DNA of 64,000 nt. Source: Spongospora subterranea f. sp. subterranea (Eukaryota). The position numbers and the translations under genes are program-made. This document shows, one piece after another, positions 48,390 to 60,987 of the stretch (the stretch's first letter is position 1; each line of letters starts with the position of its first letter). The notes beneath the pieces were generated by a model. That model was not told the origin of the DNA and did not search any database. It saw only the letters and a list, made by a program, of their open reading frames with translations. The stretch is taken from contig JAUGWO010000141.1 in the NCBI GenBank assembly GCA_049724395.1, forward strand, positions 1 to 64,000. The letters run 5' to 3'.

Positions 48390-51300
48390 TATGGATCCAA
48401 ATAGACGTCCTGCAGATGTGACAATGCGACTAACTGGATCAAATTTTGGTGGTGATCGGTCTCGAATTGCCACCGCTGCACAATTAAGAAATGCTTTGGC
48501 GAAACTTCGCATCAGGTCTTTTGAAACCAAATCATATTTTCCCGGTTGCGCTAACACCTTGCGTGTAGGCGAGGATTATTGAACCATGAACTTAATTCAT
48601 TAATTACAGAGATGGGTCCGCCTCAAATATCTACGGATATTTCGACAACTATTGTTGGATCATCGCTGTCGGTCAACACCGACGTAAATGTTGGGGAGAA
48701 CGCAGCGCAGGTCTCGAGTCAAAATGCATCTTCTACTGGACCATCTGTGTCCAAGACTGATCAGAATAACCAACAAACAACCGCTGTACCTGCTGTTAAA
48801 CCAGTGGTCTATTCAAATCTGCAACAAGCTTATTTGAGGCAAACTAGCCCGGACGATCTCGAGGAGCTGATAAAGCAGCGCAATGCAGTCCAAGAGAAGT
48901 TGTTGAATTTTCAGAAGAATGCAGGGAAACGGTTGCCAGCTCCAAAGGAACCCCCGAGGTTGAGAACCAACTGGGATTGTTTACTAGACGAAATGAAGTG
49001 GATGGCGTCTGATTTTGATCAAGAATTTGTGTGGAAGCGTACTTGTGCCCTCAATGTAGCTTACAAAGCTCAGAAACATGTGGAAAGGAGAACTTTACGC
49101 CGCAAGACCGTGGAGTTTGCCGAAATCGCATCTCGCAGAAATGTGGCTCGTACACTTTCTGCTGCAGTATCTAATTTCTGGAAGCAAATTAGCCTTTTAA
49201 ACAAGTTAAAAGAGGATTCTATTCCTGTAGAATGCTTCGTCACCAGGGCTGATAAGTATTCGTCTCCCGTAACTAATGATTTAGTGATTGATTCAAGCGC
49301 TATACACAAGGTTAGCCGTTATTGTATTTTTAAAATGTGTATTTTTGACTGCTGTTTTACTCAGACTCTTCGGAATAGTTTCATCGATGATCGGGTCATC
49401 TGTTACGGTGACTATCCAGGTTGAATCTCCAAGTTACGTTCAAAAATTTCTGAAATTGGTTTTTTAGAAGTTTCCAAGTTGCAAAATGTCGATAAACGGA
49501 GTTTTTTTAATCAAGTAATTGCAGCGCGTAAGTCCCAACCCCAAGGGCTGCTCAAGGCGTCGTGCCCCAGCGCAAAATATTCATCCTCTTGTGGCACCTC
49601 TTTACGTGATTACCAGGTTGTTGCTCTGGATTGGCTTTACAGCGTATCCGACCTTAATGCTGTGCTTGCTGACGATCCGGGCAAGAACTCTGTCGTTTCG
49701 CATTTGTTTTTTCTAACGTGTCTCAGGCCTAGGAAAGCACGTTGTCAGCGTAACGTTCCTGGCTAATCGTCCTTTGACGGCTGGCCGTCGGCACTTAATT
49801 ATCGCGTCTCCTGCTTCAATCGACAGATGGCTCAACGAGTTCAACACTCGGTTTCCTTCCTTCACCACCGTAGTGTATAGTTCAAGGTAAAAACTCATTT
49901 TTGTTATGGGTAGTAGGACTCTAAGAACAGTTGTTGTCCAGTAACGCTGAACACAAGTCGACGCGGGCTGATTTGGAAACCGCCTGCGTTTGTTTGACTA
50001 CATTTCAGACAGCATCTACGGATGTGTTCATCCGCTCCGGATTGTGGGATTATATCATCGTCGACGTTGCCGACCAGCTGTTTCCCGATTTTTCGGACAG
50101 TCATTGGGTACCGATTTTGTCGTTGGACGCTTCTCATCGTCTACTTCTGGCGACGGTTCACAATCAGGAAAATTCCAAAATGACATCTCTTCTATTGGAG
50201 TCATCGTTATTGCGTTTTATTGCAGCTGGTCTGTTTGAGTCTCTTGAAGACTTTAAGGTACAGAGGAGTTATACGCTGTTGCGACCTGCTAAGGTCTCCA
50301 TTAGTGCTGGGCTGATCAACAAAACGGGGTGTCAACCCCAGGACGACAGCATATATTTAAAAACGTTCATTCTTTTCTCTCAGTTTTTGTTTTACGGAGA
50401 ACCGATGCTGAAGGTTCGTGCACAATTCAACATTGCTTTTATCGCTTCTGATATGAAGGTAGTTGCAGCGCAGCTTCCTTCATCAAAGGATGAGATCCTT
50501 TTCTGCGAACAATCACAAAGGCAGAGTAAGCTTTGCAGTCGATTGCTACCAACTGATGCGAACTCGCTTGATCTGCGATATGTCCTCCATCTTGTGATGA
50601 AGTTGCACCAGGCAAACTTATCTATCCCTGTTAGTAGTCGCTTTTTCTGATCACAATTTGTGTAGATCTGCGCTCACCCAGATATTGTGGATCCATTACC
50701 TGAACGGGATTCAGTATATTTGGATGTCTTTCCGTATATTCCAAAAATGTTTTCCAACATTATCGAGTATAAGCCATTTTCCTACGTTTCCAAGAAGTTC
50801 ATCACTGCGATTGCTGACATGCAAATCGCTCCCTCTCGCCAGTCAATTGGATCACCTGTCAAAATGAATGTTGTTTCTACCCGGACACTCCCGTCAACTT
50901 CTCCCCTTTACGAAAATGCATTGAGATCATGCTTTGTCTCGCTTAATCTTGCGCGAATGCCATATACTCCTGAAGAATTTCATTCTAATACTGTTATCGA
51001 TGTGAAACCAGTTCCATGTTTCGTCGCATTGTCAATATCAGAAATGTTTGAAGGGGCCGCATCCCTCTCTTCTATTTACCCTAGGTTCATTTCTCCAGTC
51101 ATCTCGAGACCTTTTTTCGGAGATGGCATAGCCCTCAAGCACGACATCGTACCTGTCACCGATTACTCTGGCAGTCTTGTGATTGACGACTTCTGTAGGG
51201 ACAGGCTACTTTCCCTGCGCCGGTTTCTTCCTGTTTCCATCGTTATTCTACGACTGCTAAGTTGCAACTATTGGGAGTTTCCCTTAAGAATCTATTGCAA

Positions 51301-54300
51301 CATGGTCGTCGTGTGATCATCATTGCACAGACTTCCGAAACAATCGATGTTGTGGAGTCGTTTTTACGTCAACATAGACACTCATATGTAATTACGTTTT
51401 ATGAAATCTTTTGGGTCAGGCGATTCTGAGTTTGTGTTTATCATCGTCTAGGCTAGGGATAAGCTCCCGAATGAGCTTTGCAAAGTCAAAGCAAAATCTG
51501 TTCCGTCGGTAACGCTCTGCTCCACGAGGTCGCCATCAATGCATACATCAATGTTTTTAAAAAACTTCGATTCGGCGATTCTGTTTCAGCATGATTGGAA
51601 TCCTGTTATTCAGTCTCAGGTTGGCTAAACATGTTACTATTGTCTCCTGATGGTTTCTGACTGTTTGGAAGGTTGAATGTTTGCTCTCTGCTGCCTCCAA
51701 GGCTTCCAGCTTCAGCATCATCAGGCTAATTTGCAAAGATACTGTTGACGAGTTTATTGCAAATAACAGACATTCAGTAAGTTGATAATTAACCTTTATC
51801 CATTCACTCCAGCTAATATGCTGTACAGCCAATTTTTGAAGCAACTGACCCGTTGAATATTCTTCTTGGCTCGCAATCCCGTCCCTTATCAGCATGTCCT
51901 CCGGTATAAGTGGTTTTTCACCAAAAATTATTGCTGAAATACGCGGCAGGAACACGAAGTTAGCGCAGCTATGACGCACGTAGAGACTGCTGTTGATAAC
52001 CATCTCGGCCAAGTTAGTTTTGTTTGAATTTTTTTCTCTCGTTCTCATTATCTTTAGTTATTACTAAAACGATTGCAAGCTTTTCCCGAGCAAAAGATGT
52101 TCGCTCTTCTTTCTCAACCAGACATGGAACGCTCTTGGTTGCTGGGTTCGGGACTTCGACCCTTTGAGGTATTCCATAATGTTTGATATTTTTTTGATCG
52201 TGACTTTCGCGCGCAGTTGTGGGCCCTTCAAAACATCGCGCGTGATCCCAAATGGGGTTCTTCAACATGTTACGATTTTTCAGCGAAACGACCTCTCACT
52301 GCTGTCGATCAGCTTGCGAATGAACCAACCCGCGTGGATGATGAAAGCATGGCGGTGATCAGTAATGGACCAATGTGTTTGAGTCAGGTACCTGCCAATT
52401 CTCGATTGGCGTTAACTCGGTTGCCTAAACAACGCAAGCATACGGCTAACAATAAGGTTTGCGTTCCTTGAGCTGTGATTCTAGTTTGTAGTAACGATGT
52501 ACAGGAGTCAAGCCTGTTTCCCTGTGGCGTTGTCATCGCATCAGGGCATCTTCGCTCCCTCGAAACCGAGCCTGTTCTTTATTACCTAAAATCCAGAACT
52601 GGGTGTTTCGAAGCGCAAGTTCGCCGATTCGCTGATGAACACAAGCTCTTTCTTGAATCTTCCGTTATTGCTCCTCCGTCTATCCCAGAAAGGGTATTTT
52701 TTTTATTTTGGGAGTTATTTTTTAATCTTTTTGATTAGGATGAACTTTTCATACCGTCTTCAACTGGTGAGGACGACCTCAACGATTTTAGCCAGTGGGG
52801 TCTGTTTGCATCGGTGGACAGCCTTTCCCGAATGTTTCGTGTGCGTACACCACAATCGCGAAAGAAAAAGACCAAAAAAGCTCGTCGTCGCGGTATTCGG
52901 TTGGCGAACGTAATTACGGATGAAAACAGTACATCAATCAAGGTTCGTATTTCGTATTCAAATGTAGCCGGGTTCAAGAGAAAGGCGTTAGAGCAAACCC
53001 CGACTTCAACTGCCGCTAAGAAGCCGCGAACCACAAATGAACCAGTCTCGGTTGCGGCGCAAGCAGCCCAGGCCGCTGGTCTTGTGGCCGCGTTTCAGAT
53101 CAAGCCGATCACCATGGCTCATCCAGTGCCTTTCTCTGACGAAGAGGTTCGTATTTTGATCCTAGGCGACTCCTTCGGCTGATCAAAATCTAGGATGTGC
53201 TTGTTGTTTGTGCTGTTATGCTGTTCGGCTCAAACTTTGTAATTGCTGCAAATTTTTTGGGTAAGTTTTCATGCTTCTGAATCTCGCAATGGCTAATGAT
53301 CAGTTCCAGATTCCGATTTGATAGTTTGTGGCCGCCTTAGGACCGCGAAACAATGCGCTGAAAGGTACGCTCATTTGGTACGCCGGGGCAAAGAAGTCGG
53401 GGAGAAATTATGGGAGAAGTTAGAGGCGTCTTCTGAACCAGGTTGCAAATCGTGAACACTTTTGCATCCCATTCAATGATTGTTTAACGATTCTCAGTTC
53501 CTCCAATCCCGGGATGCGACCCGCAAACCGGATATCGCCAAGCATTGGATTGGTTGAGGCATAGGAGTCAGGTCAGGAATAAAGCAGCGAGTGAGGCGCT
53601 GTTTGAAACTGTTTCTAATGCAGTCAGAGGTAACAAACTTATTTGCTTATCGATCATGTCGATTATTAAAGCGCTTTTAGGCATTACCCAGCATAATTTG
53701 TTATGTAAGAAGGCGTTGCGGTCGCCTCTGGCCAGTCTTCCGGTTGAAGCTTTCAAGGAATCACTTGTCAGAGCACATGCTTCGCATTCATTGGCTCTAA
53801 CGGCAGGGCATAAAAGTAATTTTACCACTGTTTGCCAATGTCTTTTGTTCCTGACAAGAGTTTAGGATTAATGATCCCTCCTTCCAACGTCGGTTCGACT
53901 TTAAGTCCACGGCAGATTGTGGAACTTCGAGCCCTGCGCGACAGAACTCTGGAGTCGAAAAAGATGGCATCGATTCAGACTCCCCAACAGCTGATGAGCC
54001 CCGGCCTCCGACCTGGGCAAATGATCCCGACCTCGATGGTGCCTGCTGCGCGATCAGTGTCTGCTCCGATGGCATCTTCCCCGGTTTTAATGAGTAATTC
54101 TGGGTCTACCGCCGAGCCCCCTTCAATGTCTACTACTCCCACCATGGCCATCGTCAGCCAGAATGTAGATTCTGCTGACTTGGAAATCGACGCCAACAAC
54201 CAGTTCCTTTTGCGGCAATTGATGCAGAACCACCCCGCAATGAAACCCAGGCTATTGGCCATTTTGCGGCGATCTGACTTGACGCAAGCACAAAAAATGG

Positions 54301-54371
54301 AGACGGTGTTGGCGTTGTTTCAGGCTTCGGATGACAACATGCAGGTTGACGGTTCCCTCTCTACATCTTAA
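48390..54371 (+). CDS. EP400/SWR1/Eaf1-like protein: HSA domain, degenerate SNF2 ATPase and SANT domain (many exons; start approximate)
   Basis: PKEPPRLRTNWDCLLDEMKWMASDF (HSA); LRDYQVVALDWL, LADDPGLGKH, WDYIIVDVAD, HRLLL, ICAHPD; FSDEEDVL...FGSNF...RTAKQCAERY (SANT). Confidence 0.8.
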
Positions 54372-54553
54372 TATATTATCAAGCTTAGTTTTTCTTTTGT
54401 GTCACGTTGGGTGGGCAACTGTTGTTGGTCCGTATCTGGAAACAGAGTTTGCCACCCAGTGTACATACTTGTGAGGGTGTACAGTCTGAGTGCGACTGGA
54501 GACACCATCACCCCCGTTTATTGTGTTGCCATTGCCCAACCTCCTTTGGCAAG

Positions 54554-54972
54554 ATGCTCCGATTCGGAAACCGTCTCACCTTGCGCTGCATCAACACGAA
54601 ATGGTCGACTGGCATAAGCGGTCTTGATGTTGTCCCAGATGCTCGTGAAGTTTTGATTGGGCTATACAAAAAGACGCTCGAAGAGATCAAAGTACTTCCT
54701 TTTCATGTTTATCATAGTTTAACCATCAAACACTGGAATAGGTTGTTCCAGAGCATGCTGGATATCGTATTGGCGTTGATCAAATCACGAAATTTCGACT
54801 CAAAGCATGTGAAGAACTAACGGATTGCAAAGCTATCGAAGATCGGATCGATGACGGTCAGGTCGAAGAACTAATCGAACAAGCTCGTGCCGAGCTATCT
54901 TTGATTCCAAAGATGGTCGAATGGACACCCTGGGATGTACCTAAAAGGGACACCCGAACCCCAAGTAGTTGA
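54554..54972 (+). CDS. NDUFA5: NADH dehydrogenase (complex I) alpha subcomplex subunit 5, two exons
   Basis: STGISGLDVVPDAREVLIGLYKKTL, intron ~54692-54741, then PEHAGYR...GQVEELIEQARAELSL...WTPW. Confidence 0.93.
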
Positions 54973-55066
54973 CGAAGACGCCAGCGAACGATCTGCCCCT
55001 TCACCAACCCCATCGCAGTCAAAATAACAACCCCATTTCACGCCAATACCTGAAACTATGTCTATA

Positions 55067-57892
55067 TTATGATGTTATCTCTGGCAGTATCGCTGAACTA
55101 TCGCCATCATCGCTTAGTTCGCTGATTTCCTCGCTGTCTTCGTCGCCTTTTCCGCTAATAGAACGGACCGTTAATTCGGGATACGCCGTTTCGTATTTTG
55201 AATTTCCGTCGTCGGGTTCTGGTTCGCTGGAAAGCTCATCCTGCTCGATCGAATCCCTTTGGGTGAGTGTTGTCCCTTGTACTCTACTCTGCAACGTCAT
55301 CGCGTTCATCGATCTCGACAATTGAGACATCGATGGGCCGTTCTTTTGGATGTTGTCTGTTGGCCTAATTATTGGTGCAGCTGGCGGCAGATTTATAGCC
55401 AACGTCAACTTGGCGCTGTTAGCGACAGAGGGTAGACCCATTCCTTCAGTTGGCTGTTTGAAGCGGAGCGATGACGATTTTACCATAGGTGGTGGGCGCT
55501 TCTCAGTGGTCGGTAAAGGAGCGGTTTCTGTGGGAAACGTCTCGTTCCTCGCTGATTCGCTGGCTTCGAATTTATTTCTCCAGTAAGCGCAGCGTTCCTC
55601 AAGCTCCTGTACCCGATTCCGGAGATGGTCGAGCTGTTTCTGTATCCGGGGAGGAATCGGTTCCGGTTCCATTGGCTCATCCGGTGGACTATTCTGTCGT
55701 TGAACGTTGGTACGATTGACTCCTGATGACATCCCACCAGCCATGCTCTTGCTGACATAAACGGGTGCTGTTTTCTGTACTGGCTCGGCGCGCTGTATTG
55801 ACTGAATACTTCCCCTACTCGCCGTTGTGAACAACGTCGACATGAACGTTGATGGTGCTGATTCCTCTTCGGTTTCTGTGAACATCGGAACCGAAGGCCT
55901 TTGCGTTTTTGAAGTTGACTGTGATGATTGAACGCGAGGACGGATCGTTTCCCACACTTTTTGAGCGTGCCTGGAGGTACGTTTTAGCGTTTTCTGAATG
56001 TCGCCTCCGTTCTCAGCCAAGACGGCAGTTATTGCTCGTGCTGACGACGTCTTACTGACACAGTCAACAATTGATATGGAATTGTTCCGATGTGAATGTC
56101 GACGTTGATCGAGTTCGACTGGGATTCCGTCAAACACTTCATTATATTTTGTGGTCAATATAGTGAAGATTTGCTTCATATCGTAGATGGCGCCTGTTTC
56201 CGCCCCTGATAGGCAAGGAGAGAAACACATTGCCAGTGATAGTGCCGTCATCTTCGTACTGGCCTGATTGATACAAACCTCTGATAATAGCCCGAACAGA
56301 GAGTGCATGATGGCGCGATTCTCGAGCGGCATCGACATGACAAGATCGTGGACTTTGGAGGCAGTATCGGCCTGAAGCATCGCCTGCAGGCGTTCGTGTG
56401 TGAATAACGGCGCTGGAAGACACCATAAAAGGCGCTTGATCGCCCCTCCAGTTGACTCCACATCTCGTGATTCCTGAGCCGTCAATAGATTCGGCCGGTT
56501 CAAATAGACGGATCGACATATCGATTTGATCTGTTGGGATCGACCAGGAATCCGAAATAGCCTAATACACCGGGGGTTATGAACGTTCATTATCGAGATG
56601 GTTGATGGCGTTTACCCTTCTTGTTGAGCACCACCGTTTGCTTTACAGGATGCGATTAGGTCCAGCAGTGAAAGAACGACATGACGTGGCATAGCAACTG
56701 GCTCATTTATATCGGTCCTTTTGGTATAACATCGTAGATTATAGACCCATGCTTGAGCTTCCTCTGGATCTGGAGCCAGTAAAAACACGCTCCGGTTTCC
56801 AAATAAGAGGACAATGGTTTTCCTTTGCGCGTCATCATCAGATAGATACGCTCCATGCATTTCGCAAAGGTCAATTGACCCTTTCTCAACATCGTCCTCT
56901 GGCCGATTATAGTACTTAAGCTTGCCCCATTCCAATCGAAAATGGCGCCGTTGATAGTAGTTCAGGCCGAGCTTGTTGTTGGTGAGCTTCTCAAGGACAC
57001 CCTCCATGCGATATCCTCGAAGACCGCCTTCACTCTGAACCAGAGCGAATTTGGGATGGCACGCGACAACGCCATCTCTCTTATATTGCAAACATTGTAC
57101 GTCAAACATCACTCAAGAATCAAACCGTAAAAGGGGAGATGGCCAAAAAAATGCAGAACTTGATCAACGGTGAAATGACATTATTTTATTGCTGAGGTTT
57201 CAACACCCTCTAGTTGTTGTAGACGAAAATCGAGACGATGAAGACGGATTGAACATTTGTGAACCTGAAAAATGTGATTCCAACAAGTTTTCGTCATTAA
57301 GATATAATGGTTGACCTGAGCGTGATAGGACGCAGCTAGCGCCTCAAGATGATAGCGCAATTGATCGGCGCGTTCAGCTCGGCTTGTCATGGCCACGATC
57401 ATGTCATTAATGCGGCGATGGAGTTTGGCGGAATGCATATAATCTGGGTCTTGGTCCAGTACACCTGGTAAACGACATTAGCGACGGATTATGGTGGATA
57501 TCGTGTCACACCGCGAACGGAATCAAAATGCTCAAAAAGAGTGGTCAAATTCCTAACTCGTGGAAGACTCTCGATTAGGATATCCCATAGAGCAAACGAG
57601 TCGCCATGATTGATTAAAGTCGGAGTAATCCGATCATCTACAGATGGTCATTTCGTCCAGAGTGTTTGAGCGGCGATTGTCATCGGCTCTAACATAATCG
57701 GCATGCCTCATCGATATCGGGATGGGATTTCATCATGCTCTCCACCTTGGATTGCACAGCCCGTAGACGCTTCATCCTCTCTATTCGGGACGCTAACCTG
57801 GCTATTCGCAAATGGATGCCGGTTTGTCCATTGTCGACGATGTGGTCACTGATACTGCTTTCTGCATCATTGCGGTTGTGATCATGACCCAT
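55067..57892 (-). CDS. PH-domain plus RhoGAP protein with coiled-coil regions (multi-exon; 5' exons less certain)
   Basis: MEGVLEKL...YQRRHFRL...LKYY...KGSIDL...EAQAWV (PH); spliced EGLFRIPG, IKRLL, PLFT, KMTALSLAMCFSP (RhoGAP). Confidence 0.88.
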
Positions 57893-57942
57893 TTGATTGG
57901 TAATGACGATCTGTCGTCACGGCGGGAGGGATGCGCCCTGAC

Positions 57943-60386
57943 TAGTGATGCGGATATTTTATAAAATATTTTACGCATTTTAAAATGCCTTCAGATTTAT
58001 TGGATTTTTTAATCGAAAAAAGTCCCAAAACCGTGGATCCGCGCAGCAAACTTCGGGCTCTCGTTTCGTTCGACGTTTGTGCACATAGAAGCTCGTTCCA
58101 TGAGTAGCTCAAACAAACGAGGAAGGCCTCAGGCTGCGATCCATGTCCATTTCAAAAAGTTCCTCAAAACCGGCGATCTCAAGTGTGATCAAGCCGAATG
58201 CGTTTATTGCGGAAAAAGGTTTGCATATTCGAAACAAGGTCTGGATCGACATGCAAGTAACTGTGCTAAGGTTAATTTTCCAAATCTCGTACGCCGATTC
58301 TCTGCTTGAACCAATATTCCTTTGTTCCCGCGTGGCATTGGCTTGCTTTGTAATGGACCTGTAGAATCTGATTATATTTCTGACGATGGGGATGACCATG
58401 TTGTCTCTCGCCGTTGTTCACAAACTGCTAACCGTTTGGTTTCATTATCAACAACTGAATCCACTTCCAATCGTGCTCCGTCATGGTGTGATTCAATGAC
58501 CAACGCAGAAACAGACAAAGCTAATCGCCTTTTGGCTCGTGCTGTGCACCGAACAGCGACATGTTTCTCCTTCTTTGAAAACCAATATTTTAAGGAATGG
58601 ATCAAGTATTTACGACCCTCATATCGTTTACCTGGGCGTTGATGCAATAGGCGGCAGACTTCTTGATGACGAATTTATTGCAGTACAATCTGCTGTCGTT
58701 CGTGCTATCAAAAGCTTCAGTTGCATTTGCATGACATTGGATGGCGTTACCAATCATGCTGGAAAACAAGTATTAAACATGATGGCTGCAGGCCCATCAG
58801 AAAATTTTTTTGGAGCATTTCCAAATGAATTTGAAGCGTGAATCTTCTGACAATCTTCGAGACCGGCTAAATCGTTTGCGAGTAGCAATGGGCTTGGCTC
58901 ACACAGAGCCCGATTCCGCGAACCTCGATCTACAACAAAACGGGTCCGCCAGTCGAATGGAACCAATGTGGACAATATGTACTGATTCGCCGAATGTGAT
59001 GAAATCTCTTCGAAAAAAAGCACTTCTTTCGGGGTTATTCACTTTTGCTTATGGATGCGCTCCACATGGCTTGAACAATCTGAGCATGGACTGGATAAAG
59101 TTGCAAGGACCAAAAGAAATTCTGTCCAAGGGAGTCTTGATTGTCAACAAAATCAACATCATTCATCTTCTTAGGAGCATGTTCGAGGTGATTTGCATGC
59201 AAAAACTCAATAAGTCTTACTCTCTCATCTTATTTACGAAGACACGATGGAGTACATGTTATTTCATGGTTAAACGTTTGATGTTGGTCAAAGGAGCGTT
59301 GGTCGCCATGCCAAACTCGATCGATCATGATATCGCCTATGAAGATTGTTGCAATGGAAGGTTATCTTCGCGAATCTATTCTTGACGTGTCGCATTGGAA
59401 AGGGATTGCAGCAATGGAATATATTTTGAAAGTGACGAAGCCACATTTTCTGCTGTTTACGCGTGTTTTGTGGCCATTGCACATCATGCTCTAACTATTC
59501 CTAGCACTACACTAATCCAGTTATCAATTTCACGAGAGGAACTACTGAGATACGTTCATTCGCGACTTAAAAGTATTTACACCACAGCCCATGCTTTGTC
59601 TTTCGTAACGGATCCGTGTTTCTATGACATGCGTGTGAATCTGTTCAACCTGCACGGTCAGGCCATTCTGGATCTCGGATGCGGCCCTTTATTTGGACAG
59701 TGCCGCTCAGCGCTTGCAGAAGCATAAAAAACCGAAGGTACTCCCAGCGAATCAATTTTAAATGAACAATTTGCCCATTTCTTATCCCTGCGGCTGGATG
59801 GGACATTTTTATATGATGCTCGCAAGCTCAAGCCCGCTTTAATCTGGTCGCAAGTGGATGATAGGGACATGATCGACCTCGCAAAGATTTTGGTCCAGAT
59901 TCACAGCAATCCGTCAGGGGCTGTTGGCGGAGAACGGAATCATGAGACAAATAATCGGGTTCGTAGCAAACAACGGATTCGGCTGGGAACTGAGAGTTGC
60001 CAGAGACAAGTAGCTGTCGCCTTCAACTCGTTGCAATTGGAAAGAGTCGTTGGAAAACGAAGGGTCGATCCTTTCGTTACTTACTTAGCGAATATTGGTT
60101 CACCATTGCGGACAAGCAACGAGGACTTCCCACCAACAAATGAGTGAAACGGATGACCTGCTGGAAGAAGACGAATTCCGTATGGTGGACGATTCCACTG
60201 CTATTTTGGATCAATATTTGGCAGAATGTGATGATGATTTTCAGGAAATCATTTTGGAAGAGGGAATTGTCTTATTTTGACCAGAAAACATGTAAAACGA
60301 ATAAAAAACGTTTTAAAATACGGTTTTATTTTAAAATACATTCAAAATACGAAAATACTGCGCAAAACATCTAAAATGCAACACTA
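57943..60386 (+). mobile_element. hAT DNA transposon with a disrupted transposase
   Basis: Termini TAGTGATGC...GCAACACTA; 8-bp TSD GCCCTGAC at 57935-57942 and 60387-60394; BED finger CVYC...H...C, LDG, TDSPNVM, CAPHGLN, TRW, ERNH; stops and frameshifts. Confidence 0.95.
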
Positions 60387-60987
60387 GCCCTGACACTAGG
60401 GGTAGGCTGCGCCGTCATTGATCACCATTTTCATGACAAATTATCATTCGATAACTCCTGTTTTTTTTTCACTGTTAAACCAATTGTTCTTTTTTTTTCA
60501 ATTGAAATAAAATTGTTTTCCAAACTGAGTAGTTGTCGACATTCCGGGAGATCAACGACTCAAACAAATGCGCCACTGAGCGAAAAACTTGAAATTCGAT
60601 TTTGGATTGTACAGTATTTTATATTTTGTCAGAATTAGATTCACTACCAGCGCAAAGTTGTCAAACTTACAAAGATGAATGAGTTGTTTTCAATGTCGAT
60701 AGGATATCAATAGTAAAACACACAGAAAAAACAGACTTCGGCCTTATCGATCAAACTTCTCATTTTCATACCCCAATTTTTCATGGCAATGAACCTGGCA
60801 CCAGAGCCTTCTAAATTAACGCACATTATCCTAATCGCAACACTCGACGATTGTCACATGGCGCTGTAGTCGACCATTGTCACATGGCGCTGTAGTCAAC
60901 GTTCTGACTTCTTAGTTGTCGCACGTTGAGCTGCTTTTAGCTGACAGGGCTTCTGGTTGATACTGTGGTTGATACTGTAAATGAGAA

